Source: Leucoraja ocellata
Taxonomy: Eukaryota
DNA: 64,000 nt
Direction of reading: 5' to 3'
Assembly: GCA_036785375.1 (NCBI GenBank)
Contig: JAWMAR010000061.1
Location: 9,238,001-9,302,000, forward strand
The notes under the pieces were generated by a model, which was not told the origin of the DNA, made no database searches, and saw only the letters and a program-made list of their open reading frames with translations. A program made the translations under genes and the position numbers. Shown here piece by piece: positions 50,645 through 63,844 of this stretch (positions within the stretch are counted from its first letter, which is position 1; each line of letters starts with the position of its first letter).

Positions 50645-52126
50645 TAAGGACAGTGCATTTCCTTAGAACTGCACTGGATTACTAACCCAGATTTGTTTAA
50701 AGATGTACATAAGGGATCACCTCTCCTCTGCATCTGTCCTCTGGCAGGAACTATAGTGAAAATGCTGTATTATATTTCAACTACAAGGTGATGAAACTCG
50801 CTGGCTGGTCACTATGGAAACAACCACAGCTTTGATCAGTCTATTGTGCATTCTAGCACAAAGACAACGCCATGAAGCTCTGCTGAGAATCATAACCACC
50901 ATTTTCAGATCGCATTTAATCTCTACCTCTGTGGGACAAATGCTTTACGCAGTTTTCAAATGTGAATTACTTGTGGTCGGAACCAGTCCCCAACACTTCT
51001 CTAGTCTCATTAACATGCACACACACAAGTGCACACACGCACGCACACACGTGCACACACCCACACACCGCGAACACACGTGGATACACACACACAGATG
51101 CACACAGACACTGCACACATAGACACACACAGACACTACACAGACACACACACAACAAATGATTTCCATACCAAAATATTGTTCCCTTTGCCTGTTGCCG
51201 AATGGCTGGGAGTCTGGGTCTGATGGCAGGGGATCAGGATCCTGGGAGGAGATGATTCAGCACTGAATCTCTGTCAGTCTCCACAGCAAACACTGAAAGC
51301 TGCAGCCAGGCCCCAATGGCAGCCCTGATAAATAATTCATGCTCGCTCCCTCGCTCGCAAACAAAGCTGATGACAAGCAGCTGCGACAAGCTCATCACCG
51401 CCGGTCTCTACCACAGCTCGGTTTTAACACTGGGTGATTGGGCACTTCACTGACGGGCTTGAAGCAGTGCCAACCCAGCAATACAATCAGCAGCCCACAA
51501 CGACAGGTCAAATATTCTCACCGCTTCTAGTTTCATTTCACATTTTCCCTTTGTCACAACAAGAAGCAGTATTGATTCCAATCTGAATAGAACATATGGA
51601 GCATAGACAAGGGTGGACATTGTACAAAACTGGCCGTACTGAAGAAACAGCGGCTCGTGAGTGGGCAAGTGGCAGGACTGATGGGGTAGTTGGTCTGCAT
51701 GAGTGGGATTAGAAATAGAGCTCATGGATGAGAACGATGTCGTGTGGAAGGTGAGAGTGGGCAGTCTGTCTCTTGTAACTGTGGCTTGTGTTCCATGCAG
51801 AGGTGGCATAAAGTGCATGCCTTTGTGACAAACATAGTGAGGGGTTTGAGAAGGAGGACATTAGGGACGGATTGTTCAAAAGCCAACGTTACGGTCATTG
51901 TGCTGTCAGCAGTGTCTGGAGATAATCATGATCCCATTGCCGGTCCGATCAGAGACGACTTTCGTTTCACGGGCTCCGGTCAGTCGAGGCCAAATATAAA
52001 ATTATGGCTGAAGTAGAAACTCACGTAATTCAGATTATTGATTACAAATATTAGTGCTATTTAGAGCTGTGCAGATTCTGGGGCCACCAGCTCCATGATT
52101 AGGCCTCAGAGCAGACGGAGACGGAG

Positions 52127-52299
52127 AAACATAGAAACATTGAAATTAGGTGCAGGAGTAGGCCATTCGGCCCTTCGAGCCTGCACTGCCATTAAATATG
52201 ATCATGGCTGATCATCCAACTCAGTATCCTGTACCTGCCTTCTCTCCATACCCCCTGACCCCTTTAGCCACAAGGGCCACATCTAACTCCCTCTTAAAT
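52127..52299 (-). mobile_element. CR1 LINE 3' end (young)
   Basis: Near-identical reverse complement of 2375-2549. Confidence 0.88.
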
Positions 52300-54239
52300 A
52301 CGACAAAGAAAAGGATACTTTATACTTTATTTTATTTATTGAAACATAACGTCCTGGCAATAAATTTGGAGAAGATGGGATGAGATGCTTCAGTGGGATT
52401 CTAGAAGAGATCGTAAGATGCTACCCATTTAAGTCAGAAATGACATTTTTTCTCTGTTGTGAGCGTTTTGGAAGCAGAGACTTTGAAACTGTTTAAGACA
52501 GAGGTAAATAGATGAATGATCAGCATGGGGAAGTAACCTTGAGTCTCCAAAAGGCCTCCTCTAGCTCCTAGTTCATATGTTCAAACATATGTTCATATCC
52601 TAACAGAGACAAATTAAACAACAGCTTTATGTCTGTCTTTGGGGAAGAAGATAGAAATCCCACCAGAAATTTACAGGTCTAGCAAGAATGAACTGATTAT
52701 AATGATGTAATTATAACTGAAATAATTATTAGTCAAAATGTAGTCAGATTTGATCAATTTCAGGAACCAAATATGCTACAGCCCAGAGCTTTGAAAGACC
52801 TGAGTGGAAGATCTAGTCCTCACCTCCCAAATTCAATGAATTCTGGAACATTTTTTTGAGCAGAGGGGCCCTTTTTATGAATCTAAAAAATACAAGGTCA
52901 TTATCCACTGTTGCACAAAATAGATCGTGTATTTTGAAATGGAAGGAAGAATAGGTTGTTTTGATGTTCAAATGAAACTAGGATTGTCTAGACACAAGTC
53001 AATGAAAGCCAATGTGCATTTGCAATAAGCCAATAAGGTGACAAATTATATTTTAGCCTTTATTGAATGATGATTGAATACAAGACCAAGGAAGTCTTAG
53101 TACAATTATATTGATCTCCTTGCTTAAGAAAGCTTGCACCTGCCATAGAAAGAGTTTGGCAAAGATTCATAAACTGGTTTCAACAATGACAGGTTTGATA
53201 CATAAGGACCGGTTGAGGAGGTGAAGCCTGTGTTCTCTAGAGCTTAGATGAAGGAGAGGTGATCTCAATAAATATACTAAATTGTTACAGGACCTGGCAG
53301 GATGAACACGGAGAATGTTTCCCTTGCTGAGGAGTCAGCAGAGTAGGACTGAGATGAAGAGAAACATTTTCACTCAGAAGGTGAAGGTTTTGAATTCTCC
53401 AGCCTGGAGGTTACATTGTTGAAATTCACAACAGAGATTAAGATCTGGAAGGAATCAAGGGATATGGGCTCACAGCAAGAAAACAGCACTGAGGTCAATA
53501 ATGATCTTGATGAACGGCAGAACAGGATTATAGAGGCAGATGGCCCACTGCGGCTGCTGGCCTGCTATGTACATGGATGAACGGGCTGTGGAAGGGAACA
53601 CTAGGAGGCTAATCTCCTCAATCTGTTTCTAGCTATCTTCTTGTTGTTATAATGTTGTGTGGTCCATGTCAACACTCCACAACCTCCTCCTCCATGTTCA
53701 TGCCAATTACACCACGCCTCCAATCCCTCTTAAAGCTAAGCTCCATAGACTCACCATCCATAGTCTATAGGATATTAAACCCAAACCTTTGGTACATTGT
53801 CCTTGTTTGCCATCATCCAATGTGAGTGTGGCCTACACTGCAAATCTTGAACTTTCTCCTTAGTCTTTCAATAATAACATGAGGCCATTTAGCCCCTCAA
53901 TTGGATTATGCTTGATCTAAATCTTCATAATTCACCTAAATGCTGAACAGGAACAGGCCTTTGGACCCACCGTGTCTAAGACAAAGATGATGCCAATTTA
54001 AACTGTACATCTGCCTAAACACAGCCGATATCCCTCAACCCCCGCCACATGCACTGACTACTTGCCTCTTAAACGTTGCCAGCATATCTGCTTCCACCAT
54101 GTCCCTGACAGGCTCTACCACTCTGTGTAATAAAATCCTGCCTCATAAATCTCTTTTAAACTTTCCCTCACTCAACTTAAAGCTATTCCCATTAGTATTT
54201 GACATTCCCACCCTGGGAAAAATACTGACTATCTAAAGA

Positions 54240-54547
54240 TAGGCATAAAGTGCTGGAGTAACTCAGCAGATCAGGCAACATCTCTGCAGAAAATTAATCG
54301 GTGATGGTTTGGGTCGGAACCCTTCTTCAGACGCTTTGATTTTTATTTTTTATTACAGTCTAACTATCTACCCTATTTGTAGGAAGGAACTGCAGATGCT
54401 GGTTTAAACCGAAGATACACACAAAAAGCTGGAGTAACTCAGCGGGACAGGCAGCATCTCTGGAAGGAAGGAATGGGTGAAGTTTCAGGTCGAGACCATT
54501 CAAGGTCACTTTTTCCTTCCTTCCAGAGATGCTGCCTGTCCCGCTGA
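54240..54547. mobile_element. Two adjacent Penelope-like/hammerhead-motif repeat copies
   Basis: gctggagtaactcagc..ggcagcatctctgg..gggtcggaacccttcttcagac; the second copy has an inverted arm. Confidence 0.65.
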
Positions 54548-55724
54548 ATGAACGACCCCATTTCACATTCCTTGATTGCCCACTGACTGTTCCCTTTCAG
54601 AAATCCATTGATCACCAGTGCCCAGTCTTTCCATGACAAAGATCACAGATATCTCCTCTAAATGAAGTCCCACTTTCTTCTGAACCCCTGCAGAGGAAGT
54701 ATTGTCCCTCCAACCTATCCAATTATGTTCCGAAGAGCCTCCCTTGTGCTACCAATATCTTTCATTTCACCAACGTCAGTTAGAACCATTTTGTGTTATT
54801 GTCCGTTGCGGTATTATTAAACAATAGGCCTCCCATTCTTATCTTCAGTCACTGCCTTTAAACTGCACAATGACCCAAACGACTAAAGCCTTCGTATTTA
54901 CAAAAACACAGAAATTCTTAAAGAATAATTTTTGAATCAACTTATTCCCCTAACATAATTCATAACATTCAAAATTGCCAGGCTGTAATAAGTTTCCTCA
55001 AAGTCCCCTTAAAAGGAGCAGCTGGGAAGAGTGCAGAGAAGACTTATGAGGATGTAGCCAGGACTCAGAGTGTATAAGAGTCTGATGGTTTTTGGGAAGA
55101 AGCTATTCTTAAACATGGTGGTCACGGTTTTCAGACGGTATCCCGAAGGTCGGAGTGTAATGAGAGTGTGACATTGTTTGAAGAAGAGTCTCAACCCAAA
55201 ACGTCACCTATTCCTTTTCTCCTGACCCGCTGAGTTACTCCAGCCTTTTGCGTTTGACATGGGTCTATGATGATATTCGCTGTTTTTTTGTTTCAGTTTA
55301 GTTCAGTTTATTGCCACGTGTACCGAGGTACAGTGAAAAGCCTTTGTTGCTTGCTATCCAGTCAGCTGAAAAACATCCATTCGATGGTGGGAAGAGCATC
55401 ACCCCACCAATCCAATCCATCCCCCACCTCTCCGCACTCTGTAACCTCGCCTCCACTTTAACCCTGAATGGACCTGACTCCAGGCTGAAACAAGGGTGGG
55501 GCAAGGCTTCATGGAGACTGCACCTTCTCACTGGTCTCTCCTGAAGATGCAGATATTGGCTGGGTTGAACAATGCTCCATTTCTAGATAGGGGCTTTGCT
55601 CTATAGAAGGTGAACAGGGGGTCAGTGAGATATGTAACCCGGTGACATCAGACTTTAGATAGCAACTGGGGACAGCACATGTTTGGGGTTGGCTACTTGG
55701 TGGTGAATCACATCTCACAAATGT

Positions 55725-57470
55725 GGCAATGAATTCCACAAATTCACCACCCTTTGACTAAAGAAGTTCCTACTCATCTCCTTTCTAAAGGTACATCCTT
55801 TTATTGTGAGGCCAGGGCCTCTGGTCCTAGACTCTCCCACTAGTGGATCTATCCTCTCCATATTTACTCTATCCAGGCCTTTAACTATTCTGTACATTTC
55901 AATGAGGTTCCAGCTCATCCTTCTAAATACCTGCGAGTACAGGCCCAATGCCATCATTAGCTCATCATATGTTAACCCACTCATCACTGGGATCATTCTC
56001 GTAAACCTCCTCTGGATCCACTCCAGTGCTAATACTTTGCATCAGTATTCGATCAATAAGGTCATTAAACCAAGGAGGTGGAGATTTAATTTTTGAGAGC
56101 ATCGCAATCTTAAGGAGGAGGACTGTTTGGTGTCTTGAAAGATATTATGGTGGATGTCCCCAGAGCCTGCTGGATCTATTTCTGGGTCCAGGCAGAGGCA
56201 AACGAGGGATTGCTCGGGCTTTGATAGAAATTTGTGCATCCTTTGTAGCCGCAGGCAAGGACACAAACATTGGCAGATTTGTGGAATAATGAGCAAGGTT
56301 GTCAAAGGATACAGCAGGAAACTGACCAGATAGAAACTTTAGCAGAGAAATAGCAGACGGAATTTAATCTGGCCAAGTGTGAAGTGATGCTGCTTGGGAG
56401 GTCAAATACAAGAGGAAGAAATACAGTCAATGGCAAAACCCTATGAGCACTGATGTACAGAGGGATTATGGTGTACAAGCCCGAATGTGGCAACAAGTGA
56501 CAAGGTGGTAAAGAAAGCTTCCAGCATTCTTACATTCATCAAATGGAGAATTTAATATAAAAGTTGGGAGGTCATGTTGTAGCTCGGGGGTCGGCAACCT
56601 TGTTCTGCATCGGACCCAGGACCCATGTCTGTGAGTGGGCCGGGTGACGGGCCGGACCCGGCCCCTGGGCCGTAGGTCACCGACCCCCTGTTGTAGCTGA
56701 ATGGAAGTTTGGTTGGACCACAGTGGGAGTAATTGTGACAAAGTTGGTCATAAGATATAGGAGCAGAATTAGGCCATTCAGCCCATCGAGTCTACTCTGC
56801 TATTCAATCATGGCTGATCTATCTTTCTCTATCAACCCCATTCTCCTGCCTTCTCCCCATAATATTTGACACCCGTACTAATGCCCAATGACTTGGCCTC
56901 CACAGCTGTCTGTGGCAATTAATTCCACAGATTCACCACCCTCTGACTAAAGAAATTCCTCTTCATTTCCTTATAAAGGTACGTCCTTATATTCTGTTCA
57001 TAAGGATGTTGCCTGGACTCAAGTATATTCGCTATGAGGAGAATTTGGATAAACTTGGACTGCCTTCTCTGGAGTGTTAGAGGCTGAGGGGCAACCTGAT
57101 AAAGTTTATAATATGATGAGAGAAAATTATTATTATACGGTAGATGGTCAGAGCCTTTTCCCAGGTGCAAATGCCGAATAGACGGGCATAGATTTAATGT
57201 GAGTAGTGGAAAGTTTAATGGAGCATTGTGAGGCAAGATTTATTTTTACATGGTAAATGTTGGAAGATGCTGCAAGAGGTGGTAGAAGCAAATATGATGG
57301 CATATGAGGTATTTAGACAGACACATGAATGGACAGGGAATAGAGGGATATGGACAAGGCGCAGAGATGTGATTAGTTGGACTGGCATTATCTGAAGAAG
57401 AATTGGTGGGTGCAGTGATGTGCAGTTCTGTGTCCTGTTCTATGTAATGTTCTATGTTCTATGTAATAGA
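55725..57470. mobile_element. Cluster of CR1 fragments on both strands (- 55725-56030, + 56050-57470, nested - 56750-57000)
   Basis: RT/3'-end peptides such as [39 protein letters not shown]. Confidence 0.8.
56585..56690. mobile_element. 106-bp hAT-type MITE
   Basis: TIRs cgggggtcggcaacct / aggtcaccgaccccctg with a perfect 8-bp TSD ttgtagct (56577-56584 and 56691-56698). Confidence 0.85.
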
Positions 57471-59119
57471 GATCTCTCTGGGTAGTCTGATCTCCTTGTA
57501 ACTGGTGTTACCACATACAGACCAAAGATGCACGTTAGGCTCTGATCATTAGTGATTCTCTACTGGATTTCACCGTGAATAATTAAAAACATCCTATCAT
57601 GTACTGCATCCAGAATCACTTAACGTGGATTGTACACAGTTATCTGACCCTCTGTCAGTCACACACAGATTGCAACACCAACCAACTGAGCAACCTTCAG
57701 CACAATGACAAGACTTGTTACACCCCTCCTTTACTAGCTCGAATACGAACACTATTTCTCTTCTGTACGTTTGCATAATTTAATTCACTTCACAGCAGTC
57801 ACTGGGAACAGAGGTACTCTGGTTAAGTAATCACCACCACTGTTTATGAATGTAGCCATTATATCACAGAACAAGTCAGTATATCTATAATAACAAGGTA
57901 CATCTCTGAGGATAGACGCAAAAAGCTGGAATAACTCAGCGGGACAGGCAGCATCTCTGGAGAGAAGGAATGGGTGACGTTTCGGGTTGAGACCCAACAT
58001 ATCTGAGGTATAGTTACACCATGATACTGTACTAGTATGATTCTGTAACGGTGAGGTGAGCATACAAGTCTGTTACTCTGGTGTACATTATTGAAGTCTA
58101 TAACTGTACAATGCAGGTGGGTACAAGTGAGCAACTCTATGAAGTGAGATGCAGTTCAAGTAGAGCAGGTGTCAGTGTGCAACCCTGGAGTATAACACGT
58201 GAGAATGACCCAGCAGGATAAAGTTCAAGTTGGAACTGGCCTCTCACTGTGTGACCATGGAGTATAGTACAGATGGGGACAGATCTGTCACTGCATAACA
58301 TTGTATTACAGTTCAGGTGAGGATAGATGTGTTAAATACATTCTTGAGCTGCAATATTACTGTATGTCACTGGGATCAATTGCTGATGATTTTTCTTGAT
58401 CTTCCACCAAAACCAAAATAAAAATAGATATTTCCCCCCAACATAGGGTGATGGAATATGAGGGACCCAGCTCTGTTTTTCACCTGAACCTGCTATGCAG
58501 TAAAGAATTATTTAAAAGTTACAGACAGCACAGATGCTGCCCCAGATTCAAAGCAACAACGCTTTCCCTGCCACAAACTGGGAATGTTGAGCACTGCAAA
58601 GTTTTCCAGTCTGTTTGCAAATTATTCACTGTAAAGAAACCCGGCTGAGTTTTGCTGCTCACATCTCACTGTGTATTTGTTTACAGCAGATGGCTGGTTT
58701 GTCGCTGCCTCAGAGGTAACAAACTGCGAGAAGCACATTGCAAGGTTGGTGTTGGAACGGAGACACAGCACTGCCTGGTGTGGGCTCCCATTCCTGTCCC
58801 CGTTGCAGCAGAGACACCAAACCCACTCCAGATCACCTTATCATCATCAATGGGCCATTCTGGAAACCCTCTCAGCCTGAGTCCTTATCCATCCCGCAGC
58901 TGAAACATGGCCTTTCACTGCGTAACATTGGCATACAGTTCAGGTCAGTATCGACAGGTTCAATATCGTCGAGCTACAATAATTGGTCCGGCACTGGCTC
59001 TGTCACTGGCATCAATTGCTGATGATTTTTCTTGAGTTGAACTACTTACTCTTCCACCAAAACCAAGGTCCCTCTGAAGGTCCCTCACTCATAGGAGACC
59101 AATACAAGGCACGGATGAT

Positions 59120-59580
59120 TTCCTATTGTCATATGCTGAGAGAATGGAGCGGCTGGGCTTGTACACTCTGGAGTTTAGAAGGATGAGAGGGAATCCTATT
59201 GAAACATATAAGATTGTTAAGGGCTTGGACACGCTAGAGGCAGGAAACATATTCCCGATGTTGGGGGAGTCCAGAACCAGGGGCCACAGTTTAAGAATAA
59301 GGAGTAAGCCATTTAGAACGGAGACGAGGAAACACTTTTTCTCACAGAAAGTGGTGAGTCTGTGGAATTCTTTGCCTCAGAGGGCGGTGGAGGCGGGTTC
59401 TCTGGATGCTTTCAAGAGAGAGCTAGATAGGGCTCTTAAAAATAGCGGAGTCAGGGGATATGGGGAGAAGGCAGGAACAGGGTACTGATTGGGGATGATC
59501 AGCCATGATCACATTGAATGGCAGGGCTGGCTCAAAGGGCCGAATGGCCTACTCCTGCACCTATTGTCTATTGTCTATTC
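59120..59580 (+). mobile_element. CR1 LINE 3' end (young)
   Basis: [48 protein letters not shown]; (ctattgt)n tail. Confidence 0.9.
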
Positions 59581-60800
59581 ATCTCTGAATTGGACAGAAG
59601 TCACCAGCAGTAATTAGTGCAATAGAGTGTGAAGACAAAGAGTGCAGATGCTGGATTCTGGACCAAGGACCAGAATGCAGGTAGAACAGCTGCATCTGTG
59701 GAGGCCAAAGATGCAAGGTGATGTTTTGGCTGAAGACCCGGCATCAAGGCAGAGAGGGAAGGGGGTGGATTCCCATCATTTAGGATACTGGAGGATAGGG
59801 AATAAAGGCTGGGTAGATTTTAGCTCACCTGTCCACATAGTTTTCTTCTTCCTTTGTTCACCTCTCCCCATCGGCTGGTTCCACCTACCATGCATTTGCA
59901 CTGCTACATACTGCCAATGTTTCCTCATCCTGCTCCAAGAGTAACTTAGATAATTTGCAATTCGTAAGTGCAATACAACGCACCTCTAACTGTGACAAAC
60001 CAGCCATCAGGCCACAAACATTAGGAACATTCCTGGAGAGGAGATTTCTGCATCAGCTCTGTGGTTCCTGGCCTCCAGAATGTGCTTGCTGTTGGAGGCA
60101 GCTCCAGATCTCTTGGACATGCCTGTTATTCTGTCTGACTGTGCGATACTTTAATTAGAAAAAACTCAGCAAGATACATCCTTGTTAAAGCCTGGCACAG
60201 CATTTGTAACTCTATTTCGATTGATTGTTTCAACATGTCACTTTGGCCCTTATTGAGCTGAGCGATTCACTATCTGGAATCATTGCTGAGTCCACCTGCA
60301 CATACGCTCAATGCGATGCATGTATCTGCAAACCTGGCTCACACTGAAATCAACTCACGTGTGCGAGCAAAATGCCAAACATTCAACTGGTCATTATCAC
60401 AATGCAGTTTCCTGTGAGACTAAAGACTTGATCTAACATCTCATGTGAAAGAAGCGTCTGTCTGTGCACTGCTCATTTAATGCTGCACATCAGTGTCTGC
60501 TTGCACTTCTGCAGTTGCTGGAGTGGACTTGTGCATACTGACAGCCGGATTTCCCAAATTACAACAATGTTACCGTCATAGCATTAAACAGGCCCTTCGG
60601 CCCAACTTGCCCGTGCTGACCAAGATGCTCCATCTACACTAGACCTACCTGTCCACATCTGGTCTATATCCTCCAAACCTTTCCTATCCATGTACCTGTC
60701 CAAATGTAATCTAAATATTGTTATGGTGCCTACCTCAACTACTTCATCTGGCAGCTTGTTCCAAAAACCCACCACTCTGTTGTTTCTTAGGTTCCTATTA

Positions 60801-61465
60801 CAGTAAACCCTTGGTTTTACTGATTCTATATAACGGATTTTGGTTATAGCGGACTGACCCACTGACCTTCACTGCCAGATTGGGCTGGCCACGCCACTGG
60901 GCCGTGCTGCCCCTCCAGCCGCCACCCTCCCATCCCAGCTGACCATCAATGCCAGGCCGCTCCAGTTGCCGCCGACCCTTACCTGACCTGCTGAGTTACT
61001 CCAGTACTCTGTGAAACATCACCTATCCATGTTCTCCACAGATGCTGCCTGACCCACTGAGTTACTCCAGCACTCTGTGAAACATCACCTATCCATGTTC
61101 TCCACAGATGCTGCCTGACCCACTGAGTTACTCCAGCACTCTGTGAAACATCACCTATCCATGTTCTCCACAGATGCTGCCTGACCCACTGAGTTACTCC
61201 AGCACTCTGTGAAACATCACCTATCCATGTTCTCCACAGATGCTGCCTGACCCACTGAGTTACTCCAGCACTCTGTGAAACGTCACCTATCCATGTTCTC
61301 CACAGGTTCTGCCTGACCCGCTGAGTTACTCCAGCACTCTGTCCTATTGTGTATTAAGCAGCAGCTGTAGCCGTTTGTTTCTACTATTTATACAATGATA
61401 ATCCCTTACTGGGTTATAACAGTCACCACCTCCCCCCTATGGCCCATTATGTTGAGGGTCTCCTG
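60801..61465. mobile_element. Tc1/mariner (Tigger-like) MITE
   Basis: TA|cagtaaaccc ... gggtctcctg|TA imperfect TIRs with TA duplication, splitting CR1 sequence. Confidence 0.55.
60982..61341 (+). repeat. Tandem array of a 66-bp unit (about 5.5 copies) derived from the hammerhead-motif repeat arm
   Basis: acctatccat recurs at 61021, 61087, 61153, 61219, 61285. Confidence 0.95.
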
Positions 61466-62100
61466 TAATTATTTCCATGCTCACCTTAAACCTGCGTCTT
61501 CTAATTCTTTATTCCCCAACAATGGGTAAGCGACTGTGCATTCACCCTATCTCTTCCCCTCATGATCTTATACACCTTCATAACATTACCCCTTATCCTG
61601 CACTTCATGGAATAGAGTTCTAGCTTGCTCAACCCCTTGATATAACCCAGGACCTCAAATCTTCTCCGTATTCTTTCCATCTAAACGGCATCCTTCCTGT
61701 AGCAGGGTGAACAAAATACTGCAACTACAGCTTCACTATCATTTTGTACAACTGTAACATAACAGCCCAACTTCTATACGCTGACTGATGAAGGCCAATG
61801 TGACAATAGTTTCATTTACTACCTTATCCACCTGTGTTATCACTGTCAAGTAACTATGTACCTGCACTCCTCAATCCCTCTGCTCTACAGCAGCCCCCCA
61901 GATCCCTGCCATTCACTGTGAAGGACCTACCCTAGTTTGACCTAGAATGCAACACCCTGCACCTATCTGCATTAAACTCCATTCTTGTATTGAATTGTAT
62001 TGTAACCATTTCTCAGCCCTTTTACCCAATTGATCAAGATCTTGCTGTAATTTTTGATAACCATCTTCATTATCTACGATATCACTCCTTGATTGTCACC

Positions 62101-62382
62101 TTTGGAGATACAGCGTGGAAACAGGCCCTACAGCCGACCAAGTCCACATTGACTAGCGATCACCTTGTACACTAGCATCATCCTACACTAAGGACATTTA
62201 TAGATGCAATTTATCTACAAACCTGGAGGTTTTTGGAGTGTGGGAGGAAACCAGAGCACTCACAGAAAACCCACACTGTCATGGGGAGAACGTACAAACT
62301 CTATAAAGACAGCACCAAAGTCACGATCGAACCTGGGTCCCTGGCCGCTGTGAGGCAGCAACTCTACCGCTACACCACCGTG
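62101..62382 (-). mobile_element. V-SINE (HE1-like)
   Basis: Homologous to 4935-5240. Confidence 0.8.
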
Positions 62383-63844
62383 AAACATCTGTAAGTTTAC
62401 TATTCGTACCTTGTGCATTCTCATCCAAATGGTTTGTAAAAAGTCACAAAGCCGATTCCTGAAGCACACCACTGGCCTCCAGTCTGAAAAACAATCTTCC
62501 ACCATCACCCTCTGTTTCCTTCCAATTCTCTAACCAATCGACTCGCTCTTCATTGATCCCATGCGATCTAACCTTCCAGAGCAGCCTACCATGTGGAACC
62601 TTAGCAAATAACACTTCTTCTGTCCAGAGTACTTCGGGTTGGCTCGGGGTTGTGAAGGACACTCTTTAGAAACTGCCCAGAAATTGGCGTCTCATCCAGG
62701 CACATTTCCCCTACACGATCCCTTCACACCAAACCCTATCTCCCCGGGACGGCCAGCCCGACCTCCGCGGGGTGGAGCCCCAGTGATGGGAGTGAGGGAG
62801 GTTGGTACCCTGAGCCCACCCATCCCAGACCAGAGACACACACAAAGCTGGAGTAACTCAGCGGGACAGGCAGCATCCTTGACCAGATCACACACTGAGC
62901 ACTTTCTGAAGATGCAGAACCACGCCACTCGTCTGTAAACACCAACACGCGATTTCATAATATCCTCGTTCACAAAAGCCTCACAATTTCGAGCAAGGTC
63001 CTGTTGGTAAACACGACCCCCGGCCCCCCACCCACCCCCTCATCACACTACCAGTGGCCGCGCTGTACAGCGCATTCAGGGGGTGCAGTCTGCATCGGAT
63101 TCATTGCACCGAGCGCTTACAGACTGCAGCTCTGCAACAGATTGATGCACCGATTCATTGATTCCACCGAGCAATGATCGCACCAGTTTGTTTGCACCGA
63201 CCCGGACTCGGTACCGGATTCGTTGCTTGCATTGAATTAATTGTTTGCACCGAATGCATTGATTCCACCGTGTGCCTGCCTGGTGCACCGAGGTATCTCC
63301 GGTTGCACCAGCAGCAGTTCGCTATCCGGGTGCAGGAAGACCTCGGGCACCAGGCACAACCGAGTGGGTAGCTTATACTGGGCATCGCTGCGGGCATTGC
63401 CCACCCGATCCCACCTTACCTGTGTGGCCGCCTCCCGCTCACTTCCTTTGTGTTCCCTCCCGACTCACCAGTGCATGGAGCCCCCTACCCTGGATAGGGC
63501 ATACACATCGATACCCGGCAATCTGAATGCAGCAGTCACGTTACATATTCAGATTCCGGGGTGCCCCATACAAGGCGTGATATCAGCATTACCACCCACG
63601 ATCCTGAATGGTAAATAATACGCCTGGAGCCCAGGTTGGTGCATGGTTTATCATCAGAGTGGGCGCAATTGGGCTTTGCGTTTTAGTGTCGAGTGGGCAG
63701 CTCTGCTGAAGGAGCTTGCGAGCCGTTAGCATTGACGCCTCCCACCCGCGGAATGGGATTTGCGGAGATTTATTGCAACAAAAGGGTACAGGACACTGGT
63801 GGGACTAGTGCCTGTCATGGGGCAAGTCAAAATCGAAGGATAAA

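Larger units (their letters stand above)
60585..62080 (-). mobile_element. CR1 LINE fragment interrupted by a MITE
   Basis: RVVGFWNKLPDEVVE peptide; CR1 sequence resumes after 61467. Confidence 0.7.

Noticed and set aside
50042-50685. Pro-rich and PVQCS/SASA ORFs
   Set aside because: Low-complexity and minisatellite translations.
60982-61341. CRISPR-like regular array
   Set aside because: Units are identical end to end with no unique spacers, there are no cas genes, and the context is eukaryotic.
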